A stretch of 64,000 bases of DNA from assembly GCF_006345805.1 (NCBI RefSeq), contig NW_021832231.1:868001-932000 (forward strand). The letters run 5' to 3'. This DNA is from Octopus sinensis. Its lineage: Eukaryota. Numbering within the stretch: the first letter of the stretch is position 1; the number at the start of each line of letters is the position of its first letter. The notes below the pieces were generated by a model, which had not been told where the DNA came from, did no database searches, and saw nothing but the letters and a program-made list of their open reading frames with translations. The position numbers were made by a program, and so were the translations under genes. This document shows, piece after piece, positions 25,063-38,592 of this stretch.

Positions 25063-26120
25063 CTAAGTCTCCCTCTGTTTAATGTTCCTCGAATTCATGG
25101 ATTTTCGAGGTTTAAACTCGACCGTCTTTCCCCCCAATTTGCGACTTTTCATCTCCGCGAAATCAACGGTAAAACGATCAGGAGGAGGAACAACGGTTTC
25201 CGCCACATCCGAGGAGCCATAGCGCGGAGTGAACACACTCTCAGTCGGAAGCTCCAAATCAACCTCTTCCCTTAATTCACGTCAGTCAACAATTCCCCAC
25301 TTTTTAGGCACAACCTGCCATTCCCCATAAAACGACTTGTTCTTGTTGGAAGCTGCGGCCACGGAATCCACAAAGTCCTGTTCTTCCTTGTCCTTGTGGG
25401 CTTTCATAACACGCTCCACTTCCGCGAAATCACCACCCTCTTTTTTAACCGAGACTTCCTCATTTTTAGCCCGCCGTGGGCGCTTTTTGGGGTGGTGGTG
25501 GACAAATTTGGCCGAGGCGTCGTTGGAAGGCATGTCCGGGTAGACAATGGCGTGTTCTTCGAGAGTGAGATACACCAAGGGCACGGAAAGGGTCACCTCT
25601 GATTATGACCAACACTCACCCCCTGTGGACACATTGCGGAACCACTTCTGTCCCTTCGAGTTGATGATCTCACACCAGTTGGTCCGGGAAGCCTTTTCGA
25701 TGATTTCTCGATGAATCCGCTCGTCGGTGACTTTGGGTCACGGATTTGATATACTTTTGTTTAATTCGTTGTAATACTGTTTGACTGTCGTCCCCACTCC
25801 TTTCCCTGGCTTTTGCAGAGACAGACGAGCGGACTACACGTGAATATCTAACTTCTTACGTGCTCCACTCGGAGGACGGTTAGTCTTTCGTTTAGCTTCT
25901 CTTTGTCTTCCAAAGCCTTGTTTTTTCTCAACTAAAGGGATGATTTGTATGTGAACTTGGTCGACTCGTTTCCTGACGTTTTCCTTGTGTTTTTCGCCAC
26001 TTTCGTGGAATTGGACACACTTTAATGTTTAGGAGTTGTGTTTACAGCTTTGTTGTTCACAAACCAACAGCGACAGAATTCGCAGTATTTCTTCTCGTGG
26101 CTTTTCCAATAATCAGCCAT
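25063..26120 (-). CDS. WBP4: WW domain-binding protein 4 (U1-type Zn finger + WW)
   Basis: MADYWKSHEKKYCEFCRCW...FHESGEKHKENV matrin finger, and WW-like NWCEIINSKGQKWFRNVSTGE; 21-26 nt introns. The 3' end is less certain. Confidence 0.8.
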
Positions 26121-26803
26121 GACCACAACAGACAATTTACAATAATATTTTAAAATAATCAAAATTAAGGAAAAAAACATTTTAATATAGTCAAAACGTT
26201 TTAAATATTTGTATTTTATATTTTTCAATATTTCTATATTTCAATCACAAAAATGGCTGTAAAATATTAAATATGAGTAAAAATTAAAAATGTTATAATA
26301 AAATAAAATTAATAATTATTTAAATATTTAAAAGTCATTTATTTTGTGCATGCCAAGGTAATACACCGAATGAGGAAAGGACGATTAATATACCTCTCAA
26401 AACAAATTGGTGCATTCTTGGTTGGAATATGTTGGGGACTCCTCTGCTTTAAGGGATTTGCCGGCATTTTGCTGTTTCCCTTCATATTTCTACTCGATTA
26501 GGTTTCTCGCTGTCCAATTATCCTTGGCTGCATTTCTCTTTTACTTATTCCATCTCGACACCACATTCAGCGAGTTCTTTTCCGACGGTCTTTTTCCAGC
26601 CTTCTTCAACTTTCTGGTCGTTTTATTGCCCATTTTAGATCTCGTGGATTATCGTCACTACACTTTACAAACACAGTTGATTTAACTCATTTTCCATATT
26701 CTAAGTAATACTCCCCCAATATATGTAGCATTTATTCTCGACAGGGTAGATCACAATTTTAAAATTAAAAATATATATAATAAAATTAGATTAAATCACA
26801 CAT

Positions 26804-27463
26804 TTATTGATTACGCATAAAAACGAGTTTATCAATGTATTTGTTTGCCAAGACACTGGGCGACGACCCGGCACAGTACTCCACGTCCTCGGTAGAGATG
26901 TCGATGGAATCCTGAAGAAACTCAGCGAGAAGTGTCCTCGACATGCCCACACTGTCGCATGGCTCGTAGGTCGTTCGGACGAGTGTTCCTCGGTACCCTT
27001 CCTGGACGGACACACAGTCCACCTCCACAGTGAAGTCCTGCAGATTGAACACAGTCCCCGCCAGTTTGACCACGTCCTGTTTTCCGTGACGGAGACAGGT
27101 GTAGGCCTCCTCTAACCCGTCCACTATTTTGCGGAAATTTTTAGTGACGGAGGCACAGGAATGCCCAGTCAGGGATTTCGCGAATGTCCATGTGGGGAAT
27201 TCGGAGTGCTCGAATAACACAAAACTGGGTCCTGTGTCTTATAAGGGCGGGGGTACTTTGTGCCAATTTACTGTAGTAGTACACCAGTTCCCCCTTCATG
27301 GGGGATTTGACTAGGAGGTTGGGCAGATTTCCTATTTTGTCTACCAGGACGTCATATGGACGACGATCACTGTACGCGTCCCCGGTGATTACCACAACAC
27401 TAATTATTAAATAATGGCTGGTTATTTTCGAATGATAGAAATGTACCACCAGGAGATGCCCAT
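26804..27463 (-). CDS. MED20: Mediator subunit 20
   Basis: MGISCV (2 introns), FEHSEFPTWTFA, GTVFNLQDFTVEV and YEPC..SRTLLAEFLQ parallel MED20. Confidence 0.85.
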
Positions 27464-27889
27464 TTATTTTATTTAAATATTATACGTGACGATAATAATT
27501 AAACAATATTATTTTATATAGTGTGACATTGGCAATTGGTAACTCTTTTTGTTTTTATTCTGCAAAAGCTTTGTCATGATCCATGGCGTCGAGAAAGTGC
27601 ATGAAAAGGGGCAACTGGCTACATTTTTATTCTCTCAGACGTCAAAATAAAATCCTTTGATTATCACAACTATTATTTTCATGTAACAATTATAAATTTC
27701 AACTGTTCGTTATATTGATTTAAATTATTGTTTCATGAACTTAATACTTAAATTAGTTAGTTAATAGCACCATAAGAACCTAAGTGCCTATTACTCTCAA
27801 CTATCCTCCCTGTTAATCCTTTAGCCCTTTCCTCTCTTGTTTACAAATATTTTCAAAATCGTCACCAGTTTTAATTTGACCGACAATTC

Positions 27890-28713
27890 TCGCGTAATCA
27901 TCATCCGGGAAGAAGGAAAGCGTGCATCTTGACCGACCCAGAAATCCAATTCCGTGATTTTAATCTTCCATGATTTGATTGCAAGAAATTATTTTGTCTA
28001 TTCCGAAAAGTCTCCAGCGTGAGGTAGCAACTTCTTTGCTTATCGGCTTGCATAATTTGTATAGATAGTTGTTTTTGATAATCTCTGTCCATTTGATGTC
28101 CGCAATTTTTCTCAATTGATTTCTATGATAAGCGTCTAATCCGTTTTCAATATTTTGCATGTTCCCGAGTTGTATAATAGGATTGGTTTTCGCATTGTAG
28201 AAGCGTATCTGAAGATTTAACGAGATAACTTTCCTGCTGTCCAGATACTCCACATGATTCAGGGACCACCTCTTCAGAACTGTTGTGGCTTTATCCGCTA
28301 AAGATCTTGGAATCTCCATATCTTTAGACACAAAATCGATGTCGTCAGTGTTCCACAAAATGGTTATTTAAGTGATGCAATTCCTTTCTAACGTTCCTCA
28401 ACCCAGCTTCCAAATAGATTACAAAGAGAACTGGTGAATGAGAGTCCTCTTGCGGAGTACAAATCCTGGTGGTAAATTTATCCGAATAACCCGTCTTAAC
28501 TTTCACTGCGAGCAAAGAGTCTCCGTCAACAATATCCTCGAAGACCCGCAATAATTTATCTATACAGATACAGTTGAACGATTTTGATAGATCAACTCCC
28601 AGAATTTACATTGTTTTTCTTTACTTCTGATATACGACCGTAAGCCACCAATGACTCCATATTATATTAGCGTTGATCTTCCCGGTCTGAATCCGAATTT
28701 ACTTGGCGACAGG
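27890..28713 (-). mobile_element. RTE-like LINE remnant
   Basis: PQEDSHSPVLFVIYLEA, NTDDIDF and SRWRLFGI with stops; same family as 18900-19837. Confidence 0.75.
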
Positions 28714-28715
28714 TA

Positions 28716-30360
28716 CAGTATAATCCAAAAATATTACACCCCTTGACTTTTTGACAAATAAAATCAATTTTCGATACTAATAATTAATTACTTAAACTAT
28801 TTTTATGCAATTTAGTTCTTATTAAAGTTAATTTAATGATTTTTATTTTTTTTAAAACCAAAAATCAATTTATTTTATATCTGTGAGCAAAAACATGAAA
28901 AATTGCCGGCTCATAAATAGTACACCATTTAAAAAGTCAGTATTTGGTGTGCCCTCCTTTATTTTTGATGACTGCTTTTAGTCTCAAGGTCATTGATTCC
29001 ACCAATTTGATACATATTTCCTTTGGAATTTTTTTCCATTCTTCAATAATTAAATTTTTTAGATTTTTTTTATTTGTGACGTCAAATGTTTCAATTTTTC
29101 TTTTTAAATAGCACCATAGGTGTTCAATTGGATTTAAATCTGGCGACATGCTCGGCCAGTCCATTTGTAAGATTTTTTTTCAGTCAAAAAACTTTTAGTC
29201 TTTTTTGCAGTATGCTTCGGATCGTTATCTTGTTGGAAAATCGGATTTCCTGAATGATCGTTGATAAAGGGAATCATTTTTTCCTCAAGTATATTAATGT
29301 ACATGTCTGCATTCATGATCCAATTTATGATATAAAGTTCACCAGGTTCTTCCAAGCTCATAGATCCCCATATCTTTATATTTCCGCTGCCATGTTTCAT
29401 TGTAGCTACTATGCATTTTTGATTTAGTGCATCGCCATTTTTGCGCCACACATGCTGAATTCCATCTGATCCGAACAAATTGATTTTGGTCTCATCTGAC
29501 CACAGAATTCTATTCGAAAAATCCATATTTTTGTTTACATATTTTTTTGCAAATTGTAAACGGTTTCTTTTGTGCCGTTTTGACAATAATGGTTTCCTTC
29601 GAGGTACTCGGCCATATAAATTGCATTCATGTTGTGTCTTTTTTATTGTAGATTTTGATATTTGAATATCAAAATAAGATTCCAATTGTTTTGCAACTGC
29701 AGATGAAGAGATTCTTGGATTTTTTCAACCTTAATAATAATTATAAATGTATTTTAACAGTCATTGATGTTTATAATAGGTTGTTATGTGTTTAAAGAAT
29801 TTATTTAGATTTGTATTTGTCCCAACATTTCTCCATAAATCTTCAGATGTATGGATCTACCTATATATAGATCTTGCAGAATTTTTTGATCCGATAATGG
29901 TTCAGAACCAGGCTGATTTGACTCCTCCACGAGAATTTCTTCAAACAATATTCGATAAATTTCAGAATTTGAAGCATCGTGATGATTTTGGCATGATTCT
30001 TAATCCTTAAATCTGTTTCTTGCGTTTGATATACACAAGTAATCCATTTGAAATGTTTAAAAGAATTCGAAATTATTTGTTGAGTAATATTTTTTCATCC
30101 AAAATGCGTAAACAGAAAACCGTCATTAAAATTCAGCTTCTTATGTGAATCGCCAGAATAAATTCAATTTTCAATTTTATCTAAATCGTTTTAAATTTAA
30201 CTGATCTATAGGTTATAAAAATATGGTAGTTTTTACGAGAAGGTAAATGTTACTATTAAAACGATCACGAAATGCTAGAATAAAATTAATAAGAAACGTA
30301 CAGGACTGTTTTAAAAATTTTAATCGAATAAATGAAGAAACCCGTCAAAAAAATATACTG
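28716..30360 (-). mobile_element. Tc1-like transposon
   Basis: Left end TA+CAGTATAATCCAAAAATATT; motifs RKPLLS, LWSDETKINL, FQQDNDPKHT, WPSMSPDLNPIEHLW and GGHTKY. The right boundary is uncertain (only CAGTATA matches). Confidence 0.8.
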
Positions 30361-30419
30361 TAGATCTCTGGTATTGAAAAGGACGACGCATTATATGACA
30401 AAATTGTACAATGCCAATC

Positions 30420-31230
30420 TACTGAACCAAAAAACTTCAATTTTATAATTTGCAAGTTCAATTTTATAATTGGAAACTTTAATTGTATCATCGCCAAGTT
30501 TAATTTTATAATTGTCATAATTTATAATTTCAAAATCAAAATTTGACTTAATTTCAAAGTTAACATTAAATTTGCTGCTTTTTGTTGATGTCGACTTAAA
30601 TATGAAATATGCCGCATTTAATCAACTTTTTTGATGCCGAGTACAAATTGTATCAAAGGATCTCAGACTGAATGTGGAAGGGATTTAGAAAAAAGAAAGC
30701 AAATTTGTGCCGCATATGAAATTGGAAGGGATTGTAAAAGTTGAAGGCTGTAAAAAGCTCGACAGCCTATTCTTGGATCCAAAATGGAACTTCCCAAAAA
30801 ATGATGTGAAAAAAGACATCAAATTCTTCGATTGGCCATTTACTCCTATGCTCAATCCTATTGAAAATGCATTGTCAATTTTAAAGGCAGGAGTTAAAAA
30901 AGATTTTTAGCTCATCTTCCATCCATTTTAGAAAATAATCAAACGGACTTAAAACAAAAAGAATATCGCTTACGGTGTCTTTAATGGATTATTGAAGAAA
31001 ACATTGGACTAATAACTGTTCAAAAATTTGTTGCATTTATTGCGAACATTCAGGGCGAACTTCCGAATTTAATTCAAATGCAGAACGTCCAATTTTAAAA
31101 ATAACGCTCATTTTTTGCCTCTAATTTTATACGTTGTCGATTAGTTAAATTGCAAATTATAAAATTGAATTTCAGAATTATAAATTGAGCTTACAAATTA
31201 TAAAATTGAAGTTGTTTTGGTATAGTTTCT
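30420..31230 (+). mobile_element. Non-autonomous IS630/Tc1-mariner-like element
   Basis: Inverted ends ACCAAAA(C)AACTTCAATTTTATAATTTG with repeated TTCAATTTTATAATT units; internal PFTPMLNPIENA remnant. Confidence 0.6.
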
Positions 31231-31865
31231 ACAATTAATAAATGGAAGATGGTATTTTTCAGCTTTCGCTAGCGATATTAAGTGCATTTTATAACTTTAC
31301 AAAGTTAACAATGGATCGATTAATTCAAAAGTACAAATTCTGAGAAAAAATAACGGATCATTTTCCAGCAAGTAAAGACTAGAAATTAAAATCGTTAAAT
31401 GAAATGTAAAATAAACATCTTTTGATTTTAAACTAACAAAAGGTTAATTTTTTGTTAATGTCAAGAAAATCATCTATCTGGGGAAAACCCCTTTTAGGGG
31501 CATTAAAAGCTAGAATTTGTTATGATTTGCTAAAGATAAAATTTAGATTTTTTAAGGTAAAATGAAACCGGTTGCCATGCGTATTCATTCGTCCATGTCA
31601 CATATAGCAATCCATAGAGTTGCCAAATATAAGAATTTTCTATAATCTGAGACACTGAGTACATCGTTATTTAAAATGACCTAACGACTTGGATTCCCCC
31701 GTTCCTCAGAGAATGGCAGTTCTGTAAAATTCACTCTCTTAGAAATATATATTTTTTATAAAAATAATTTGAATATTGTTATTACAAATATTGCAAATAA
31801 AAATATTTTATCATGTTTACCCTATTCCTGATATATAATAAAAATCATTGTATTATAATCGTCTT

Positions 31866-33126
31866 ATGGGCGCTGTTTCATCCAAAAAATCTCGTCACCG
31901 AATTGTGTTTCTTGGACTGGACAATGCGGGAAAGTCATGTAAGCATAAACTACAAAACGAGTATCGGGAATATCTTTGTATACCCGGAAGTCCCTACTTA
32001 TTCCCCTTGATTTAAATTGCGCATTTTTAGTGTTGGTTCGCCGACTCGTGAAAATGACAGACCTGAATGACATTTCCTCCAACAACATGTCGATTGTATT
32101 CAAAACCAAGTCCAAAGGCCATTCCTTCGATTTGTGGGTAAGCGACCAGCTTCACCCAAGGATGTTCCCGGAAACGAGAAACTGAGGCCTCTGTGGACAC
32201 ACCAACTCCTCAATTTGTCCGCCCTTTGCTTTGTGGTGGACGTGGCCGACGAACCGAGATTCGCAGAGGCCCTCAACGAACTGTCCAAATTGGACAACAA
32301 CCACGAAATAAAGACGGTGCCCTTCCTGATGATTGGCAACAAGACTGATGCCCTGGCCACAGGTCAGTCCTCTAAATATGCCAGAAATGTCGGTCGATGA
32401 ATTCAAAAACAAATTTCCATTGAGTCGGCCACAGAATGTGATCGATTACGTCCTCGTCAGTGCAAAGGACGACTCCAACTTTAACCGAATATTCGATTCA
32501 CTCACAGGACTCGTCACAGGCGTGTGGAAATCGTACTCCAGTTTGTCCATTTTTAGATCCAAGGGGACTGACAAGTGCGCCAAAGTAAATGCCAGTGAGA
32601 CATTATTTGATCACTGTAGGACCGGTCTCCCAAGTCTCCAAGGACAAACCAGTTTCTCTCAAGAGCACTCCCTCCGCGGGAAAGGATCTTCAGCCCATCC
32701 AGACAGTCCAACCAGTAAGCACTACTAATATAGTCTAATCAGCAACAATCTCACGAGGAGGCCAAGAATGAAGAGCCAGTAATTAAGGAGGACGGGAAGG
32801 AGGAGCCAGTAATTAAAGAGGCCAAGAATGAAGAGCCAGTAATTAAGGAGGCCAAGAATGAAGAGCCAGTTATAAAGGATGATGGGAAGGAGGAGCCAGT
32901 AATAAAGGAGGAAGGGAAGGAGAAGCCGGTTATAGAGAAGGATGGGAATGAAAAGTCAGTGAATAAGGCGGGGCAAAGTGAGGATGGAAAAGTGGAGGAA
33001 GATGATGAAGAGGAGATGGTACTGGAGATTGAAGTGTCGGAAAGTTCATCGGGGGAAGGAATATCGAATGAAGGGGGAAATAAAGTGAAAGTGAGCTCTT
33101 CTGACAACGAAAATGAGCAATCTTAA
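31866..33126 (+). CDS. Atypical Arf/Arl-family small GTPase with long acidic repeat tail
   Basis: MGAVSSKK (Gly2), GLDNAGKS, WDVPGNEKLRPLW, FVVD and GNKTD. Introns at 31939-32030 and 32138-32160 among others; 25- and 28-nt introns link it in frame to the EEPVIK-repeat exon ending TAA at 33126. The tail linkage is inferred. Confidence 0.75.
32758..32967 (+). repeat. 30-bp coding minisatellite, about 7 units (EAKNEEPVIK / EDGKEEPVIK)
   Basis: Direct inspection: GAGGCCAAGAATGAAGAGCCAGTAATTAAG and variants in tandem. Confidence 0.9.
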
Positions 33127-33176
33127 ATTTATAGTCAATATAGTTAATAGTTAACATTTTGGATTGTTTTTAAATT

Positions 33177-33857
33177 TTAATTGTCTTGAGCACTTATAAG
33201 GGTGGGTCCCACAGTGGACACGAACCCCTCCAGTTCGTTGATGCCCCGTTTGTGGGTGGCCAGGTGGCGACGTTTGACCCGAGAGTAGAAATTGATTCCG
33301 AATGCGAAGAATCCGATAATGACAGGAATGACGGCGACAGTGCCCACCCCGGCCACCACCAAACTGACCGAGTAGAAGCGAACCCAGCAAATGAGGATCA
33401 CTTCGAGGGCAAACAGGATTATCCCAAACCCGGTAGACAATGCCCAGGCAGTTTCGACATAAAACCGAAGGTCATTCTCGTAGGCAATCGTGTCAGAATG
33501 CGACCACCGTCCATGGAATTGGGCAGATTCCGAGTCGTCGTTTACTTCGGAGACCAGCATTTCCACGTAGGGGAGAACACATGTGCTGATTAGGAGGGCC
33601 AATATGTGGACGGACACCAAAAACGTGGTGCAGAGAGTGAACATGCTAATCAGAGGAATCGGCAACAGCTTGAAGGAAGACACTGACCCGGTCTCAACCA
33701 ATGCAACCTAATTGTGGAATATTTGGGATACCATTGCGAATCCTGAAAGGAGGGCAGACGTCCTGCTCACTGCCTTCAACTTTGAACGAGCCATGAACAA
33801 CCTCTGGACACATTCTGAGTACCCGATCATTGTCTGTTTATCTCCAGTAGTCGACAT
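33177..33857 (-). CDS. ORAI: Orai CRAC channel pore subunit
   Basis: RSKLKAVSRTSALLSGFAM|VALVE (24-nt intron, pore Glu retained), LVSVHILALLISTC and AWALSTGFGIILFALEV. Confidence 0.95.
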
Positions 33858-34204
33858 TAAAAAAGGCGAGGCAATTATTTTTAATTTAACAAACAAGTTT
33901 AAATATTTATTTTATATTTTTGTTATTTTAATTTAGTCTATAATTAATATAAATATAATTTTAACGGAAAATAGAATTATAATGTTTTTGTTAATTTGAA
34001 GAGAATAATAATATGTTTTCTGGAAACTGATGAAGAATTATCAATATATTTAAAAAATAATTTCTAAATAAATTATTTAATAATATATTTAATTCATAAT
34101 TAAATTTAAATTTAAACCATCAACGTTGGATACTACTTGTTTCTTGTTTTGTGATTTTATTTAAGAAACTCAAATTAAAAATAGCTTAAACTAAAATAAA
34201 TTAA

Positions 34205-35488
34205 ATGAATAATGACCCTAATACTCCACATGGGGACGATGTCCATAATATTATAATGAGTGGTTAGTATCAAAGGAAAACTGACTTGCTAAAATAGAGT
34301 CAAAGAGATGCAAGTTAGATGATGCCAACCAGCGAGTGTTGCTGTCCTCGGCTGTAAACTAATATTGTGAATGTATAGAAAATATTCCCTCAACACATTC
34401 TGCCCACCATAGCAGAGTGCACATGTCTCGTCAACAACAGTGGTCAGTTACTGGATGTCCCCTCCATTGAGAAAGTGTGCAGGTGAGTGGAAGGGGGTCA
34501 CAAGTAGACTACTTTTGGAGGCCGATTTACCCCTCCTTACTTTCCTTTCTAACATAATTCTCCGCACGACCAATCCGGATATTCTTCGGTTTGGTTATGT
34601 CCTTATTCCGAAGGGCTCTCTCGTCTTCCATTTGGCCGAAGCTTCACCAGTTATTGCTTACTTTCCTCAATGGGGGCACCGACCGTGTCCTAAAGATGCT
34701 TATGGAAGTATATAAGCACGTGCCCGTCACTGTCCAGTTGCTCAAGACCAATAATTCCCCCAAATTGATCAAGTCTCTACTCAAGTCTCGTGATCCTGGT
34801 GTTTTCGGTGGTTTATGTTAAGATATATCGTCTTTGGCCAACGAAATTGTTTTGAAATGGAAATCGGTGGTACACGAAGAGATTGGGACGAGGTCTCCTC
34901 CTCCAAAACGGTCGAAATCAGTCTCCTGGGCACCTCAGTTGGTTGAAACGAGGGAATTCCGCGTCGCCCCCTACGAAATCGAGAATGGTCACTCCTGGCA
35001 CCCCCCAGAACTGCTCGATGGACTTGCCGTTCAGTGCACTGCTCAAAGTCAGGAGAAGACAGTCCAAGAACATAGAAACTCCAAGATCATGTTCGCCCTC
35101 TACTTTTCCCGGGCATCGTATGGTCGGTCTGGTCATTTTTAGGATTCCCAATTCGCCTGCAGAACCCGATTCGCAGGTTATGTCTGATGACTCCGAGTGT
35201 GTTGAAATTCCTTTGCAAGAAGTTTCCTTTTTGTGTGGAATTTTAGGTCGTGGAGGAAGTGGAGGTGGCCTATCCCCCGATCGAGGCGACAAACGTATTT
35301 GTGGTGTTTCAGTTGTTTAGTATTACTGGCCGGGAAGCCAGATCCCCCAGTTCTGTCCTATTCCCCAGTTTCCATTTGCTCCGAGGGGATTTTATCCGCG
35401 CTTTCCTCGGCCAAATGTATGCAAATATTTTTTATCTGGGAATTGTCGATTTGGTGCGCGTTGTCTCAACCTTCACGACAGAAGATAA
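34205..35488 (+). CDS. PPP1R10: PP1 nuclear targeting subunit PNUTS, compact
   Basis: TFIIS-N-like domain (VPVTVQLLKTNNSPKLIK..LANEIVLKW), PP1-docking KSVSW, IPNSPAEPD and a C-terminal C3H finger CKYFLSGNCRFGARCLNLH*; all introns GT-AG. Confidence 0.85.
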
Positions 35489-35789
35489 TTGTGAATCTGT
35501 TTGTAATACAATTCTTGTACTTATTTGCGGCGGGAATTGTGCTTTCGACAATGATTTAAGTAGGCGTTGAAATTGTAAAGAGTTTTTAAAACCGTGATAA
35601 TAGCAGTAGGAGAGTCAATTCTACTAAAGGCAGCATCACTGATTGAACTGCTGGTTTCTTCTAGTTGTGGGTATTTTCGTCGGCATTTTATTAAAACATA
35701 CCGTGTTTTGATTAACATAATGGAAATTCCAAATAGTTTTGTATTGGTACAGCTTAAAAATACACGAATATTACATCAAATTCATTGTA

Positions 35790-36741
35790 ATGTCGGATAG
35801 CATTAGTTTAACAGATAAGTAAGACATAACAGTATTCCTCATTCTCAGATTGGCCACATACGTCTATTACTACATCAAAGAGATTGGCGGAGAACATATT
35901 GCCAACCTATTTAAAAAAAGGGTAATTTCGGTGAGCACATTTTATTCATTGAAGCTTAATCCCAAGCATGATTTTTCCATTGACGATGATCCCTGTTTCC
36001 TTTCGTCCTGGTGGAAGTACGCTTTTTTTCTAACATGAGTGTGTTCTGGGACATCCAAGAGGCGGCCCCCGAAATACGAGATCGACACAAGTCTTCTGAC
36101 GAAGCTATATTTTTCTACGATCACGTAATGTACTTAAATATTAAAACAATTATCAAGACGGCAAATGTTAACTCCGACGGAAAGGGACAGCTCAGTAAAT
36201 CCAGAATCTGTTCGACAAAGTCCGTCCGACTATACTGTGAGTCCCCCATCGTACAATACGGTTCAAAACCAAACCGACCTGAGGCAAAAACCAGTTTATT
36301 ATTGGGATCAACAGCCTTCCAACTACTATTCAAAGTTTGCTCGGCCCGAAGAACTGCGACTGCCTCCTCCTGGGTTATATAGGCCAGTCCTACCAACTCC
36401 TCCCTGCTCTTCGGAGGGGTCCTACTGGAATGTGGTGATGATGTCTCAAGTTTTAGGAACCCCATTACCCGCAGCCTAAAATCCGACCCCATCCTTATCA
36501 GTTTATCGAGCGTAGCCCCACCCCCGAAATGTTTAATGCACAGAAAACTTATCTTTCTCAACAGTTTGACCAAGCTTCCATGAGACAAAGCAACGAGTCA
36601 GATTTCGGAAGACCTGACCTGAACATGACTAATGAATTTGGACTATCTCTGAAGCGCAGTCCTCAAAGAAATTTTCATGGTCATAGCAAAAAAGTCAAGA
36701 AATTTTTATCCATGACAGAATATAATTCTCATAATTTTTAA
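35790..36741 (+). CDS. SSBP: Single-stranded DNA-binding protein Ssdp (LisH/LUFS)
   Basis: KLATYVYYYI, PCFLSSWWSVFWD..AAPE..SDEAIFFYDH, followed by a Pro/Gln/Ser-rich tail. Confidence 0.85.
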
Positions 36742-37141
36742 TTCAATTTTCCTCAAATTTGAATACTTTTTTCTTAGGTATATACAGTTAACCCTCGCAA
36801 ATTTGTCATTTTTGATACATTGAAATTTTCGTGGCCCATTGAAAATATTCAATTATCAAGTTTTCGTGATTAGATTCGTTTAAAATCTTAAAACAATTTT
36901 GAATGGTTTCAGTAGATACATCAGCCCAACCCATATTAGCAATTAAAATCTTAAATAATCGTTGCATCTTTTAAAGTTAATGTTTTATATGAATTTTATA
37001 GAGAAACATTTTCAGTTTTGATCAAATCATTTAAATATTGTAGCTTTCTTCTTATGAAATGAGTCTTGAATGTTGTTATAATTCCGATATCCATTGATTG
37101 TAGTAATCCAGTAAATTTTTAGGAAAAAATAAATCCTAATA

Positions 37142-38592
37142 CAGTCGGACCTCGGTTTGAGCCACTTGGTGGCTCATAAACCGAGGTTGTATCATAAACC
37201 GAGGTTCGCTAATAATCCTAATTAACAGTACTTTAAGTAAAAAATAGTTCACAAGAAACAGATAGAAACAGTTCATAAGTTATACTTTTTTGAAATAATG
37301 CGTAATCTTTTCTCCAAAACGATTTTTATCCCGTAAATTAATCATTATTTTTTTCCTTAGGGCGTAGAAATCATTTAATAATTTTGGAGAAAGTTTGCAT
37401 ATATTTTCCTCCATATTATTAATAAGAGTCAGTGGATCTATGATGTCTGTTCATTCAGGCCCATTATAAAAATTTATTTCGCTTTCAAACAATTCTTCGA
37501 CAAAGACTTCGTTCACCATTTCTGTCACGTCCGTATGAATCTTCGAATTGATATTTATTGTTTCCTCCCATCTACACTCAAAAATTTTTTCCCAACAATT
37601 TTGAATTTGATTTGAAGTTACATTGGCCCAGGCTTCAGAAATTAGTTGCATCACATTCCGTAAATTGAAACTTTTGATTGCTTCCAAAAAATTGCTTCTA
37701 TTTTCACAAATGCATACGAATTCGATAAGTAAATTACTGTAATTTGTCTTCAGTGCTTTAATTATGCCCATATCCAATGGCTGAACTAACGATGTAGTGT
37801 TTTAGGTAAATATAAAAATTAAATACATTTTCTTTACCATAATAAACAACTTTTGTATCTAATTCTTGGAAAAAATGAGGGAGCATGGATGTATCTGCGG
37901 AATCCTTTTCACCACACAATGTTTTGTATTGTAAATTATGTCGTTTCTTGAATCTTTGAAGCCAACCATTAGACGATTTGAAATTATTCAATGATAATTT
38001 TGAAGCGACCATCGACCCAATTTTCTTAATGGTCGGTCCAGATAAGGGAACTTTTTCAAGTCGCAATTTGTGAAAAATTTCGAAAACTTTAAGATCGAGA
38101 TTAAGCTTTTCAGAATCACTAGTTTGCTCGGATAAATCAGAATAAATAGTTCCATTATCAAGAAAAGGGAAATCTTTTTTATACGTGAAATTGTAGCCCT
38201 GCTAACTTTGAAAATTTCCGCAATTCTGCGCTCTGAAAGCTGGTTCCGTTTAATATATTGGGCTATTTCGAGTTTTTTTTCGTGATCAATTTTCATTTTA
38301 GGCATCTAGAAAACATAGAACAGTGAAAAATACTTCAACAAAGATAACAACGTGACAAGGAAAAAAATCTCTAAAATAAACGATAAAATATATAAAATAA
38401 AAATAATTATATTACAAAATATTTAGTTTATAGCAATTTTTAGATGGCTCATAACGAGGTCTATTTTTAATTGATTTTTACAAACCCCTTAGGAAAAAAG
38501 CAGTTTCAAAAAACGTGGCTCAAAAATAGAGTTTGTATCATAAAGCGAGTATGGATCATACCCGAGGTCTGGCTCATAACGAGGTCCGACTG
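37142..38592 (-). mobile_element. pogo/Tigger element, internally deleted
   Basis: TIRs CAGTCGGACCTCG..TGAGCCA with TA TSDs; FKSSNGWLQRFKKRH and VQPLDMGII, with the central DDE part missing. Confidence 0.9.

Noticed and set aside
26340-26700. Lys/Arg-rich minus-strand frames between WBP4 and MED20 (NIFK-like idea)
   Set aside because: Short frames with stops and no consistent splice model.
31965-31986. Hairpin CGGG..CCCG in the 92-nt first intron of the Arl gene
   Set aside because: Only a 4-bp stem, a mismatch and a weak extension; no snoRNA boxes.
32751-33107. Minus-strand Ser/Phe-rich ORF
   Set aside because: Antisense shadow of the purine-rich plus-strand coding repeat.
36784-37100. 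TA+CAGTTAACCCTCG end resembling a Tigger TIR
   Set aside because: No partner TIR or transposase was found.
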